DNA of 64,000 nucleotides from Spizellomyces punctatus DAOM BR117 (Eukaryota): NCBI GenBank assembly GCA_000182565.2, contig KQ257465.1; one strand, 5' to 3'. Shown piece by piece: positions 51,466 to 64,000 of this stretch (position 1 is its first letter; each line of letters starts with the position of its first letter). The notes under the pieces were generated by a model. It saw only the letters and a program-made list of their open reading frames with translations, ran no database searches and was not told where the DNA came from. The position numbers and the translations under genes were made by a program.

Positions 51466-54400
51466 CTATTTAGACCTTTTCATTCGCACTCTAGGTGGTG
51501 GGACCGGATGCAGCTTGATTGGCTCTTCTTCGTCCAAAAGTTCATCCGTCACATCATCTTCACCCTCTCCAGGCTCGCCATTCTGTCGATATTTGCGGAC
51601 AACTTCATTCTTCCTATTCTCCAATTCCCATTCCAAAACAATCGCCTTCCGCCTCTCTGTTTCCCAATCCACCCACCTTCGTCTTGGTACATCGGTTGCA
51701 CCATCTTTCTCTCCCTCTCCCGCGGCTCCATGGCCCGATTTATCTCCTGCGCCTTCACCAGCAACTTTGCGTGTCTGTCCCCAGGAAAAGTCGTCAAAAT
51801 GCCAAAAAGCATAGACGGGAAGGACAAAATTCCAAATGGGAAGGGCGAGAAGGTAGATGAGCATCCAATAGATGTAGACCCGTCTTTTGGTGGTGAGCAT
51901 TATGAGGATGGCGGGGAGACCAAGGATAGCTGCTAAAAGGCCTAGTGGGATCCAAGGTACTTCTGGACTGACCCCTGCCATAACTAGGAGGAGGCTAGTA
52001 GGGGATGCAGTTGAGTTTAGGTAGCGTATGATACAGTGCTGGCCAGAAGTAAAACTTACAGGGTGAAAATGATGGCTGCAGGCAATACCACTGTCCCAAT
52101 CAGCTCCAACATGATGACAAACTGCATCGAAAAGCAAAACACTCCACATAGTTCCCGAACCAGGACCAATTCCAGCAGATTGTGTATGGTAGAATTGATC
52201 CATCGGCGCCGTTGGGACAACAAGACTTTGAACTCAGCGGGAACCACAGTTTTGCAGAATGCTCGCGGAACGAATATCTGCTTTCGGTGTGGAAATGTCC
52301 CCAACATGAGTGTCGTCAAAAAGCGGTCTTCACCGAGAAGAAGCAGATTCTTTTTATGAAGCGTATCGACTCGGTTCTCAGAGTAGGTTGCAACAATGTC
52401 TGGATTGCAGAGGATGGGCACCCAGTATCCATCACCCTTTGGAGCTTTGATACGGTACATGCAGAAGCATCCTGGCAAGCATGTAACTCCTCCAAAAACA
52501 GATTCGAATGCTTTTGCAAGGTGATGCGATAGGTAATATTCAAATACTTGAATCCGGGAGACCCAGCTTTCCGACTTGTTCGCAATACGGGTTTCACCGC
52601 ATAAGCCCATCACCATCGGATCGGACACCATGGAGGCCACCATTCTGGCCAAAGAATCGGGAGCAACTTTTGTGTCGGCGTCTACCATAAGGACAATTTC
52701 AAACATGTCGGGTGTGACTCCCATCAAGTAATGAATCTTTTGGAACAAGTCATAATCGAGAGGTGCCATGGGATCGTCAAAGGTCACTTTTTGGAAGAAA
52801 GACATCAGGATGATTTGACTGTCCCTCTTCCCTCGGTTTCCAGGTTTTGGTTGATCGGCTTCCTCTGGTGTCCCGCATTTGACGACCAAAATCGTGGGTA
52901 TACATCGACCATTACTATTATACCATGCAACGTAAACTTGCGCCATGTTGTGCCGTTTGGTCCCTTCCGAGATAGCAACATATGACATGGGTGCGGGCGG
53001 TGTGGGCCAATTCTTGTCCATTTCCAGCATATCGATGATGATTTCGGGTGTGGATTTGTCGTTACCACTTCCAGTGATTAGCCCATCGGCAACAATGAAC
53101 ATCAGCTTGTGATCATCTGAATAAGTCGTGTTCGCCAGAGAGTCCATAGTATTACGGAGACCTTCTTCGCCTTCTGAATAGGCCGTTACAAGCATCACCG
53201 TATATACTTCTAAACCGTAGGGAGAACTGTAAGTAGATGGGGACTTGGAAACGGCAGACCCGGCCAGCGGTCCCGACCAGCCAGGCATGTGACGCCGAAG
53301 ATCGTCATTCGACTGCTGTTCATTCCGTGCTGAAGGATGCTTGGACCCCACGAGGGTGTCACCAGAAATATCACTTGCCACTGATTTCCGGCCGTCCAAT
53401 ACATGTAGCGAAGGCGGAACTGAAAGTTCTGGCGAAGGTCTTGCACTTCCACCGTCCAATTTCCCTTTCATGGGGAACGGTACGATACCCTTGTCTAGAA
53501 CCTGCCGCCGAAGAGCTGTCTTTGCAGATTGGGCGTGCTCTTGCTGGAGCTTACCCAGCTGCCAAGATATGAACCAGTCAAAAAGAATCGCCATTGCGAA
53601 TCGAATGAGCACGACGGATAAAATAATAATCAGAGAAACGTAGAGAACTATATCGGACGCAATGCATCCTAGAGTTCTCTCTTCGACCCGCCCGACAGCG
53701 TACATGGCTATCAGACATTCTCCCATTCTGATACGAGAGGGAGACCCACCAAAGATTCTTGATGCATCTTTTCCAAGGTGGGATCTGATGGCCATATCCG
53801 TCCAATTTCCAAACAGTTTAACATTGGCGTTAAGGTACGGCCTCATGTCCAAAACCCGTTCTTTAAAAGCCATATATGTACTCTGCTCAAATACAATGTC
53901 CGGCCATTCGTATGTAACTGGCCCAATTCGTGCGGCAGGGAATTCCGCAAGGACTCTGGCGACTCGAGTTGGATCATGACAGTGAGTTAATGAAGCTGGA
54001 AAAGCAGAAGTGCCACAACTGGGAGCGTAAGGTGCCGTAAAAAGGTCCTTGCAAGCAGCTGGTGGTGTAGTTGGAGGCCAAAAGTATGGAGTCACATCTA
54101 CGCCGGTAAGTTGATTGATATGAGTTGTTGGTAGACCGCCTGTCGTAAACCCAGGTAAGGAATTGTGCCAAGGTAGAATTTTCGACACATCGTATACAAT
54201 TCCGTTGATAACGAAACGGTGAGGGAAGGTATTGGGGGTAGAAGCTCTCACGTCATCGATGCCTACAGTTTCCTGAGTCCGACATGCTGTGGCAACGAAT
54301 CCGTACGTCAAGAATCCCAAGAGTCCGCACATAAAAGTAATAATGGTACAAAGTGCAACCTTTTCTCTCCAAGCTTGCTGGACCGCGGGATCATGCATCC

Positions 54401-55037
54401 GTCCAAATCGCTCTATACAGAAAGTAGGTATCCAACAGGTAAGTGCTCTGCTAACGATCGTCCACGGGTCGTACTTTTTCTTTTTCTCTTTTAGCATGGT
54501 CATGGCTGGCGGTCGTTCGCCATGCTCATCTTGTGCTCGCTCGGGACGAATCATGATCGAGTTCGCTCGTCTTAATGTCCCGCGTTCAACAGAAGGCGTC
54601 GGGGGTGCGCGGGTGTCTAAGAAGATGTGGGATGCACTCCCACGACGTATATGGCTAGGGGTGTCCACTTTAACGCTCTTTTGGCGAGTAAGGGCGTTTG
54701 AAGCGGGGACCCATGATGAGCTGTGCGAATCTGCCTTCTGAGAAACGCCTGGAAAAGGTTGTGCGGGAAGTTCCTTTTCTTTTCCCTCGGCGATTTCATT
54801 AAGGTTCTCGTAACTTGTTTGATGTGGAAATCCGCTGCGTTGCTGTAAACTAGTCGTGCCACCATGTCGACTTGGAGAGACAGTAACGGTAGGGATGACT
54901 GGTAACTCCTTAGCGCTGGATGACCTTGGTTCCGTTCTGATCGGGCCTCTCCTAAACGCACTTTCCTCCTGTTCTCGCACAACGGGCTCGTCCTCCGCCT
55001 CCTTCTTTCCCCTGGATCTAAGTGGGCTCGCTCTCAT
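51466..55037 (-). CDS. Chitin synthase, division 2 (class IV-like), 2 coding exons
   Basis: [11 protein letters not shown], cytochrome-b5-like segments, [66 protein letters not shown]; no myosin motor domain. Confidence 0.95.
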
Positions 55038-55472
55038 CCTGTCCGATTCCCGGAAGTTGCAGGATTTGGTCAAACGACGCGGAGCCAATCAACACTAACG
55101 CACACCTTACTTAATGATCCGTTTTGTTCTATGAAGTTATTTTTATACGTCTTATGTCATCACTTTGCTCCGCACGCAGTGGCTATTTAACAATGCATCC
55201 TCGTGTTGCATCCATCTACCCACATGTCAAAGCAAGAACACCAAAAAATTATCGGAGTTGGCTTATGTAAGGAGATGCTACATGTCCCCTCATTGGGGCA
55301 AACGTATTCCAGACGTTGAATCGTGCTGTAGTGGCGGGTAGGATAAAGATGCAGATGTAGTCTGTTACATACAGGGAATGACAGTATCGACATATACGCA
55401 AGGGATCCCTAACTGCATCGTGTTCATGATCTACCCACGCAAGAACTGTATACTATTGGTCATTCGATAAAA

Positions 55473-56313
55473 TCACTTCCCAGCAACGCCAGCTGTTATT
55501 CCCCCAACAACAGGCTGTCTAATAAGCTTTTGCCTCCTCTCGAAATCGTCTACTCTTGAAATACAAATGTTATTGTCGTGTTCGTTGGAATCCGCATAGC
55601 GTCCAAATACGACGCGCTTGGCGGCGATCAAAGGCCAGTCGGCAAAGGTCTGAATTCCTCCTTCTCGCTTGTGTTGTTCGGGTACTGGAAGGAAAATGTC
55701 GTGCTTTCGGTTGTGGGTTGAAGTTTTAGAGGCAGAGATGAGGGTTGCAAGGTCATCAGAACCGTAAAGGAGGCCTGTCGAGTTCTGGGAGGGGGAAATG
55801 CTTAAAATCGATGGATGATTACTATATAAACGACCTGACCTGTACCAATGAAGTAGGCTGCCCAGCAGGTTTATTTGCATGTCGCTCCCGCCTCTTTGCA
55901 GCCGCTACGGCGGGGTCGAACCCGGGAAGGACAAAGTCACGACGTTGAGTTGAGATTAGGTTTGCCCTGCCATTAAATACCAGTTTACACAGTGCATTAC
56001 ACTACAGCAGGTCTTGTGTGAAGCTGGTCAAATACCTATCTGCCTTCTTCTGAGCTTCATCATCGATATCCGCAGATCTGGGAATAGGTTTAGCATGAAC
56101 AGACAGCAGACGTTGACAGATCCTCTCACCTTCTGCCCTCCTGCCCACGCCGAACCTTGTGTTGTCGTGCAGCTTTCAGGTCCAACTCCTTCTGGGTGTA
56201 GTCAGCTCGGAAAGTGGTCAAGTAGTTGAGCTTGAAAAGGAATCAGAATTCATAGGAAATCTTGCTTCTGAACGCCAAGTGATGGCACTCACTGGGTGCT
56301 CGCCACCAAACAT
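55473..56313 (-). CDS. Small 5-exon hypothetical protein, largely missed by the ORF track
   Basis: GT-AG introns splice in phase to MFGGEHP|LNYLTTFRADYTQKELDL...GR|RSADIDDEAQKKAD|RANLISTQRRDFVLPG...LVQ|NSTGLLYG...VAGK*. Confidence 0.6.
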
Positions 56314-56630
56314 GATTCCTAGGAGAGTCAGATGAGAAAATCGCTTGCGACACACAGATCCAACCCATGTAGCTTGATGTCGGCGCTATGATGCGGCAGG
56401 TAATCTCCGAGTTTATCACGAGCACTAATTTTGGGGATCTGTTGGTACCAGAGCACAGGCGCGCTTAAACCCCGATGGGCAGACATCGATATATTACAGG
56501 AACGTTAGATCATAGTAACAGGGAAACTAACCCAAGTCTTGCCTTTTCGGACTTCTATCTACGAGATCATGGAGTTCAGAGTTTTCTATCTATGATCATC
56601 CAAAAAGAGATATCACAGTACATAAATGAT

Positions 56631-58256
56631 TTAAAATACAACAGCCCACGCTGCAAGTGCACTCGCCATCAAGGCGCCCAAGGTGGTAGGAATGACAGAA
56701 GCGAAACCACTGTTTTTTGCATCAGGGTCCGTCACAATTTTTTTCTCGGGGACTGTGGCAAAGAGGTACCGGGACTGAACTTCAGGTTTTTCAAAATCGG
56801 CTTTAAATGCAGCGAGGATGGAAGAGTCGTTCGTAATTTGGAAGTCACGGAACGTGATCTCTTCCGGCTTTTGGTATTCAAAGAGGCAGATGGCCTTCAA
56901 TCGCGGATGCGCATCCAAAAAGGTAGTATTGGTGAGGTACTAAATAGCGATGTCGTTAGGATCATCGACTTTTGAGCACGCACAAGGAAATAGTAATGAG
57001 CTTACCTGTCTCCACCAAGCTTGCTTGATAGCCAATGCACCGGGTCCTGGGGCAACAGCGCCGGTGTTGACAGGGTTCGCAGGGCTTTGTATCCTGTACT
57101 GATGGAAGGCCGCACCAGATTCGGTGATAAAGAATGGTTTTTGGTTCCTCTCCGCGAACAATTGATAGAAATCCATAGCTCCGGGGCCGGTGCCGTGAAT
57201 GAGCTTGAGGATGCTGCCGCTCGGTGGAACATCATTGGTAAGGTACGGGTAGTCGGCACCGAACCAGTACGTCGAGAGACCAACCCAGTCAACATACTCG
57301 TTGCCTACAAACGCGCTTCATCAGTTAGACGAGCGACCCAGACGCGAAAATAAACAAGCCACAGCTCCGGTCCAACAATCATCTTACCAGGGTAGTATGG
57401 TGTGTAGGGATCATCGAGTGTATCCAATCTTCCATTTTTGTTCGTGTCCAATGCTTGCGTCTCAGCAGCGCTAACAGTTGCATTCATAGAGTAAACGCCA
57501 CCTTCGTACGGGTAACTAAAATTGAACGGTGTTAAATATTGTTTCCAACGGTAGAGGATGTTTCCTAGCAGATCTTTACCCGAGCTGCATATTTGGTGCC
57601 CATCTGTTGGCCAGTAAAAAAAAAACGGTCCATCAGCCTGGCGCCAATGAGAAATACCAGGAGCTGCCAATATATTACGTACATGAAAGCCACTCGTCCA
57701 GTAGTATCGCTATTAGCTCTGATAGCAGTGACTATGCGCTTCCACATCGCAGCGTAGGCAATGGGACGCTGAGCATACGGCTGCCAGGAGCCGTTCATTT
57801 CCGGCGCCAATCTTATAAAAACACCTCTCCCAGATCTTGCAAAGGTAGCAATCTGGGCAACAAATGCATCGATATCCCCATCTTTCAATTGTTCAGGAAT
57901 GACTGTCGGGTACACAGAAAGATAGAGGATAGCATTCGTGTTCGCGTCGTCCAACAAGCGGACTGGGGGAAGATGGGGGGTCTTCAGGGGTAAGTCCTCC
58001 GCCATGTGAATAAGTGCCTTAATCAATGAGAGTTTACGTTGAGCTGGGTCCGTGCCGTCCTAAGGCTAGCAATGGCACTTACCGCATTGTGACCCAAGCG
58101 TTCGCCAAACTGCTTTGGTGTATCGCGGCCAGGTAAAGTGTCGAGCCACGCCCCGAGCATGACCCTATCTGGTTCCAGTGGCGCTTGAGAGCGAACGACG
58201 CTGGACGCACAGAGGAGGACAGCAAGTGTGCTGGACAAGAGCTTTGCTGTGAACAT
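56631..58256 (-). CDS. Glycoside hydrolase family 26 (mannanase-like), secreted and probably GPI-anchored, multi-exon
   Basis: Signal peptide; RLAPEMNGSW (acid/base Glu), YYPG|DEYVDWVGLS, KPFFITESG (nucleophile Glu); hydrophobic C-terminal tail. Confidence 0.88.
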
Positions 58257-61200
58257 TGTGAATTGCTGTTGTGAAAACCGGAATTACGTTCTGACAAAAG
58301 ATCTGCGCAATTCAGCAGACAGATCCCAGTCGTGGGGAATGGTGATAAATAGTCTCTATCTGTCTATTTCTTGCGTAAATCTCCAAACCGCTCAACGACA
58401 AGATGACGACGACGGGGCCAAGCTGGAAAAATACAAAACAAAAAGACAAGGCAAATTGACCGCTGGATCCATTTGTTTTGTGTGGCTAAGAAATTCGATG
58501 ATGCGGCCATGGCTTAGTAGCGATGCGCTTAGCTGCGCGTGTTGTAGCTTTCTCAGAGAGTGACGTGTACCACGGGATTGGCGATCAGTGTGCCTTTTTT
58601 TCCCTTGCACGAGGCGATGCATTTTTAAAAAATAGCCCATGCGCTCATGAAGCAGTATATAGTCCAGATCATTTACAGCTTCCATCTTTTATGAGACATC
58701 TGAAACTTGTCCTCATCCATTTTTACATAACAACGCTAATCCACACTGCGCTACTAAATATAAAAGAGCCTTAAAACTTCGAAATGTCTCTTCCAAATGC
58801 CCTTGAACGAGATTGTGAGTTAAATTGGGAGTGAGGTACGCTGATTCTCTGATCACTCACCATGTCAAAAACCAATGAGCAGGAATCATAACCATGTTCC
58901 GCAATGACACAGATCGAATCAAGTAGGCGCTCCGCCATACTTTTTAGGGGCAAGGTAATATGAACAGGTGTAAAAAAAAATCAACAAAGTCAGTAAAGAC
59001 CCACCGAACCAAGCAAGTCGACCTCGAAGTCCGCCAGCGCCAGGTGTTTCCAGGGCGCCTCCAGATGTATCGAAAATTGCTTTCCAACTGCCCACATAGA
59101 CCATGCTGCAAAATATTTGATATAAGCAACTGGATCCCAATACCCAATCCACGTGCCATTTTACAACCTTCCCAGGTGCGAATAGCGAAACGGCTAGGCA
59201 CAAGCCATGTTAGGATACGTTATAGAGCAACATATTTGAACAACAAATCAAACCTTGCCGTCATCTCGCATCGCGGCAACCCTATTCAAATGCTTTCGTA
59301 GCCAAATGCCTTGCTGTGACGCTACTTGTGCCGTCGCGGGTAGTTCCTGGTCCTTGATCACTGCACAGTCTCCGAGGGCATACCTGTGCACCAATGTTAA
59401 CACCATGGTGTCCAACGTCAGAATGCAAAAACATACACGTCGGATATGGGCTTGCCCTCCTTATCCAGGACTCGCAAATACTGGTAACTGTTAGTTAGGG
59501 GCGATATTCAAGATTGCGCCGATGATTTCTAACCTCATCCGTTACAAGCCGCTTGGAACGGGACTGGCTCACTTCCATGTTCTTGATCTGAATTGAATGT
59601 CAAATCAAAGGTACAATTGAGTAATACATGTGCGATGCATACCAATGGTGTAGCCGTTAAGCCCGTGGCCCAAACGAGAGCACCAAATGCTAGATTGACG
59701 TGTGTGAGGGTGACATTACCGCAGGCCGATTACCGATAATCAGAACTCACGGATTTCCGTGTCATCCTTCAGAACTGCAAACATGGTGCGATTAGTACAC
59801 TACAAAATTCCAAGCATTCAGTATAGAACTTACTTAATTTGTTCTTTTGAACTTCCTTGATAAAGGTCTATAGTAAAACCCATGCCATTTAGGCTTCCTA
59901 TGTCGCATAGGAACGATTGGAGTCAGAGAACTCGCCTTTGTACGGATCTTAATGCCGCTACGCGCGAACTTCTTCGTCGCATCTTAGATACAAGAAGATA
60001 AGCAGTGCCCAAAGCATACAGCAACCAAAGTGGATGCCTCACATGCAGCTAAAGCATCATCAAATCCCCCTGCAAAGCATTGCAGCAAATAAGCAAACCA
60101 ATAATAACATCTGAGATACCATCGTTAACCCCTACCTAGAATCTTTTCCGCAACATCGTAGACCTAAATAGGCGTCAGCTACATTGTACCCAACGGCCAA
60201 AAACAGGTGACCCTAACCGTAATTTGAACTGTTTTGTGCGCAATAATGAGTCAAGTACATACATATCAAGGTGAGACGTTCAATCGCACCTTTATCCATG
60301 AGACGCGGATACAGGCGTGTGAGATCGTCTTTAATAAAATCTAGTGGAAGAACCCAAAATAGATCCGCTCAGCGAGAGCCCAAGTGGCAAACCATGTGTG
60401 CCACCCACCATGTACTGAAAAGAAATAAAATGAGAACCCAGCATCGTAGAACCCAAATTAAACGGAAGCTTACTCACATTCCGCACTATTCATTACAGAC
60501 GAGCAGAAGAAGGGAATTTTCAGTGTTAAATGAACGAGGTAATCCGCTCAGATGCATAATCAGACCTGAATTCTGCCCTTTACATGTTAAAAATGTTGCC
60601 TACAAGTTGGGCAAGGCTGGCATCCCTGCATCACTTACCAACACCAGTTGGTCCCCCACCCACAACGGCAAACTACCGCAAGGTGTTAGCTTTCCAATAA
60701 TGCCCACCCAGCCTGATAGCGTGGCAACCTACATTAAGCTGAAAATAGTAATATCAATCAGCAACTGCCTGGTCAATTTGCCAACCTGTCATTTGTCGTC
60801 ATACCAGCTTCCATTGTTCCGCTTCGGTAATATTAGGCTCGGATGCCATTTCGAAACCTATAGCGTATACCGCTTCAGATAACGACTAGTCTAAACTTTC
60901 TTACGGCGTTTCCATACATTCAATGATGCGCGCTCGAATCCTTTGAGCATGACTGATCTCTTTCAAAAAGAATCCGTACTTTTCCACACCGGGAATGCCG
61001 AAGGTATTCGAATAAGCGCCGACAGCAACAACAAGCTGGAGATGAAGTAAGCTTCATGAAGTGAATGAGGATGGTTTATTCACAAATTAACCTTGTCGTA
61101 GCTAAGTGTGAAGGGTTCCATGTCCGGAAGAGCTGGCGTGCATACCAGCTCTTTCTTGCGTAGATCTACGGCATCACACCACGCCTGGAGTGCATTGCAC

Positions 61201-62643
61201 TTGAGCGCACGTTCCGCGAGTGATGACAAGTGAGAGTGGCGCTTACTTGATAATATTTGGCTTTTCGATTGTGGTGTCGAATTGGCTGTGATGCAATACG
61301 CATATATAGGTTACAGTCACTTCCTTCCACTCGCACGAAGACCTTTTTATCCACCATGTCGATTTACCTCTGTAATCGTACGAAATTCTAGAGTGCCCAC
61401 TAACATCACGCATCAGGCTAGATGACCGCATACGCCAAAATCAGACGACCACAATACCCGATGTGCTTGCCAGTAGAGGAGTGAATACAAAGTGATTCTA
61501 TGCATAAAAGTAAACAAGTTAAATAATTCCAAATATTCGATGCAACTAACGAATGCGACATAGACTTGTCAAAGCCGGCAATAATCCTACCCGCGGCGAG
61601 ATCATGACAACCTCGTAGTCTTTGACATTTATCCCACCCAGCAATTTCAACCCAGCCCAGCCAGATCCAAGAATAACCAGACGACCTGCATTTCAAGATC
61701 GAAATAGTAAGTATGGAGCGTTGCCAGTTTGACAGAGTGTGATCTACATGTGCATGTGGGCCAAGAGATGCAGATGGAGCCTGCGACAAAGGTCCGTCTC
61801 TAACCTTGCGTTTTTCCGAGAGATGTGGCATAGCGAGATCCGAATATGGCAAAAGAATGCAAGATAGCCACATGAGGTCTGCGTATTCCTTGTATTTTAT
61901 ACGCGCTCGTTGGTCGTAGCGTTCTCACAAAGTTCATGACGCGATCTCGACAATTCGAATTAGAAATGGAAGGATGGTTTTCCAAGATACGGGACTTGTG
62001 CTAACGTTGATAGGAGAGTCTCGTCTACTTATTAGTATCAGAAGCAAAGTGAAACTTGAAGGTTTAAACAAAGGCCCGCGAAAGATAGTTCAGCCAGATG
62101 GCCCCCGGTTGGCTCCGAGATCAACCTCGCGTCGCTGCGTCATCAGTATTGGCTGCGTGACTCATAAAAGTTAAATTTCGTTGCAACAGAGAAATATAAT
62201 ACGTAAAAACATAAAAAACATATGCCTAAAGATCCAGTCAGATGATGTGATTCAAGAGAGAATTGCCGGATGGCCGACGAAAGGGGAACATATGAAAGAT
62301 CGTCAGGCTATGGATTGAAACTTGTTGTGAGGATCTGGAAACAGCTAAAGGACTGATAGCAGAGGCCAGGCCCCTCAAGAGAGGATTATCCAAAGTTTTC
62401 TCCTGCTGTTCGTGTTGGCGGAGCGTTTCTTCCAATCAAGACTCAATGATGCTGCTGGTTAGGGTTAGGGTTGGTGTAAATTCTTATACAATCATCAGCA
62501 TTCCATCAGTTTCATGTGCCACGCGTCTCATCCAATCAAAATGCTTTACTGCTGACATTGTCCCCCTTTCCGATCCTCAAAAAAACATTTCCAGCCTTGC
62601 TGAAATACTCTCCCCCCCCTCCCCCCAGCCGTGATGCTAAGAA

Positions 62644-64000
62644 ATGACGACTATAACTAACGATACCATGGACCTTCCCACCCTCAATGGCACCTCCAGC
62701 CGCACTAGCGATACTGTGCAAATCGTCGATGTCGAACCAACAAGGAATCCGGCCAGCAGCGATAACGCCACAATGAAAGACTTCTATGTGATCGCTGCTG
62801 GATATATATTCTTTACCCTTACCGACACAGCTGTTCGAATGATTGTCTTATTCGGATTGTGGCAGAGGCACTTTCAGGTACGAGCCATTGAGTTTAAGCA
62901 AAACTCAAAGGTCGGCTCCTCACTCTCCATCACAGGCTCTCAATATTGCCATTATGTTTGTATCTTACGAGGCACTGGGCGTAGTTACGAACCTGTTTGG
63001 AGGCATTATGGGTTCTAGGTTAGGGCTCCGCTTTTGCCTCCTTCTAGGCCTGTTGCTTCAGCTTGTCGGAATCTCCCTTCTCTTCGTTCTGGACCGTGAA
63101 GATGTTTCGCATTGGTCGCAAGCAGCCGTGACGGGTTACGTGGTTTTTGCACAAAGCTTTTCAGGCGCTGCAAAAGATCTCGTCAAACTAGCCGGAAAAT
63201 CATCCACAAAGTTAGCCACCAAAGCAGCAAAAAATCGCAAGACCAATGCCGGTGACCCTCTTTTCAAACTTGTCGCATGGCTGACTGGGGCAAAGAACTC
63301 TGTTAAAGGCCTTGGATTTCTCATTGGTGCAGTTTTGATCAACTATGCTGGTCTCTGGCGAGCACTTTTGGTCATGGTTCTATTGACGCTCTTACCATTG
63401 CCGGGAGTATGGATGTGGTTGGATCCACGATTGGGAATCTCAAAGGATCAGCAACGGTTAACGCTGAGAGAGATATTTGACAAAGGGAGGGATGTTAATA
63501 TGCTGTCGTTGGCAAGGGTGTTCCTGTTCGGATCGAGAGATCTCTGGTTTGAGATTGCTTTACCCATCTGGTTACGGTATGTATGCATATCGGCTTCCTT
63601 CTGTCAGCTGAACATTTATCCCTTTTGCCCGACCAGTGCGCAATTTGATTGGAATTTTACCGCAAGTGGAGCTTTCCTGGCTGTGTGGATTATCATTTAT
63701 GGGGCTGTCCAAACGATTACCCCTCAATATATTCTAAAGCCGCTGAAAATGTACCCATTCAAACGGTAAGAGACGAAAGTCGGGCCGTTTACAGGACAAA
63801 AACTCACGCATTTGCTATAGGGCAAAGCTGCTTGTAATATGGACAGTTTTGCTCATGATCATTACTATAGCAATAGCTGCATACCTTACAGCTGTACGCA
63901 ACAAGCCAATCAGTGATCAGAAGGCCGCTACTCTCTCGATCATTTCGATCGGTCTGGCAGTTTTTGCTTTCGTCTTCGCGGTAAACTCTTCGATACACTC
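62644..64000 (+). CDS. arsJ: ArsJ-like organoarsenical-efflux MFS transporter, multi-exon, runs off the window end
   Basis: FTLTDTAVRM, YEALGVVTNLFGG, AQSFSGAAKDLVK, VAWLTGAKNSVKGLGF and ARVFLFGSRDLWFEIALP closely follow the bacterial ArsJ sequence as I recall it; contains GT-AG introns. Confidence 0.8.

Larger units (their letters stand above)
43060..51472. mobile_element. Accessory island of three partial tandem copies of a nuclease-gene plus partner-gene unit (putative selfish element)
   Basis: Promoter block at 44820-44955 is repeated at 49610-49710 and 51421-51456; partner-gene 3' end and flank at 46445-46758 are repeated at 50537-50944; paralogous first exons at 49241-49468 and 51165-51377; a repeated intron family. 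No terminal repeats or TSD found. Confidence 0.65.

Noticed and set aside
58300..62600. Scattered ORFs, splice-like signals and a hairpin near 61127-61150 resembling a Helitron 3' end
   Set aside because: No coherent gene model; the hairpin is not followed by a clear CTRR terminus and no 5' end or helicase remnant was found.

Overview
Intron-rich fungal DNA, most consistent with a zoosporic (chytrid-like) fungus (inferred from gene content). Conserved genes read from the sequence: Argonaute (partial), a single-chain BC-BCCP-CT acyl-CoA carboxylase with a PTS2-like signal, NADPH oxidase NoxA, an ArAE/FUSC-type transporter, two chitin synthases, a TPR protein, a Crz1-like C2H2 factor, a 7TM protein, a GT2 glycosyltransferase, a tropomodulin-like LRR protein, a GH26 hydrolase and a bacterial-type ArsJ MFS transporter (partial). 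The main unusual feature is an 8.4-kb accessory island at about 43060-51472, built from three partial tandem copies of a two-gene unit: a 7-exon, 657-aa gene with a PD-(D/E)xK (CR-REase-like) nuclease motif and an intronless 330-aa partner. The island carries (i) a ~360-nt self-folding spliceosomal intron family with 7 copies, four of them arrayed in an apparently non-coding transcript, (ii) a 68-nt segment in nuclease intron 5 that is antisense to the partner gene's leader and start codon, and (iii) more than 25 short palindromes centred on GAG-N3/4-CTC, many with unrelated arms and many inside coding sequence. Also present: a TIR-bounded MITE-like element and a structured twin-hairpin segment next to a stop-riddled ORF remnant. 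All gene models and folds were derived by eye; no database searches were run.
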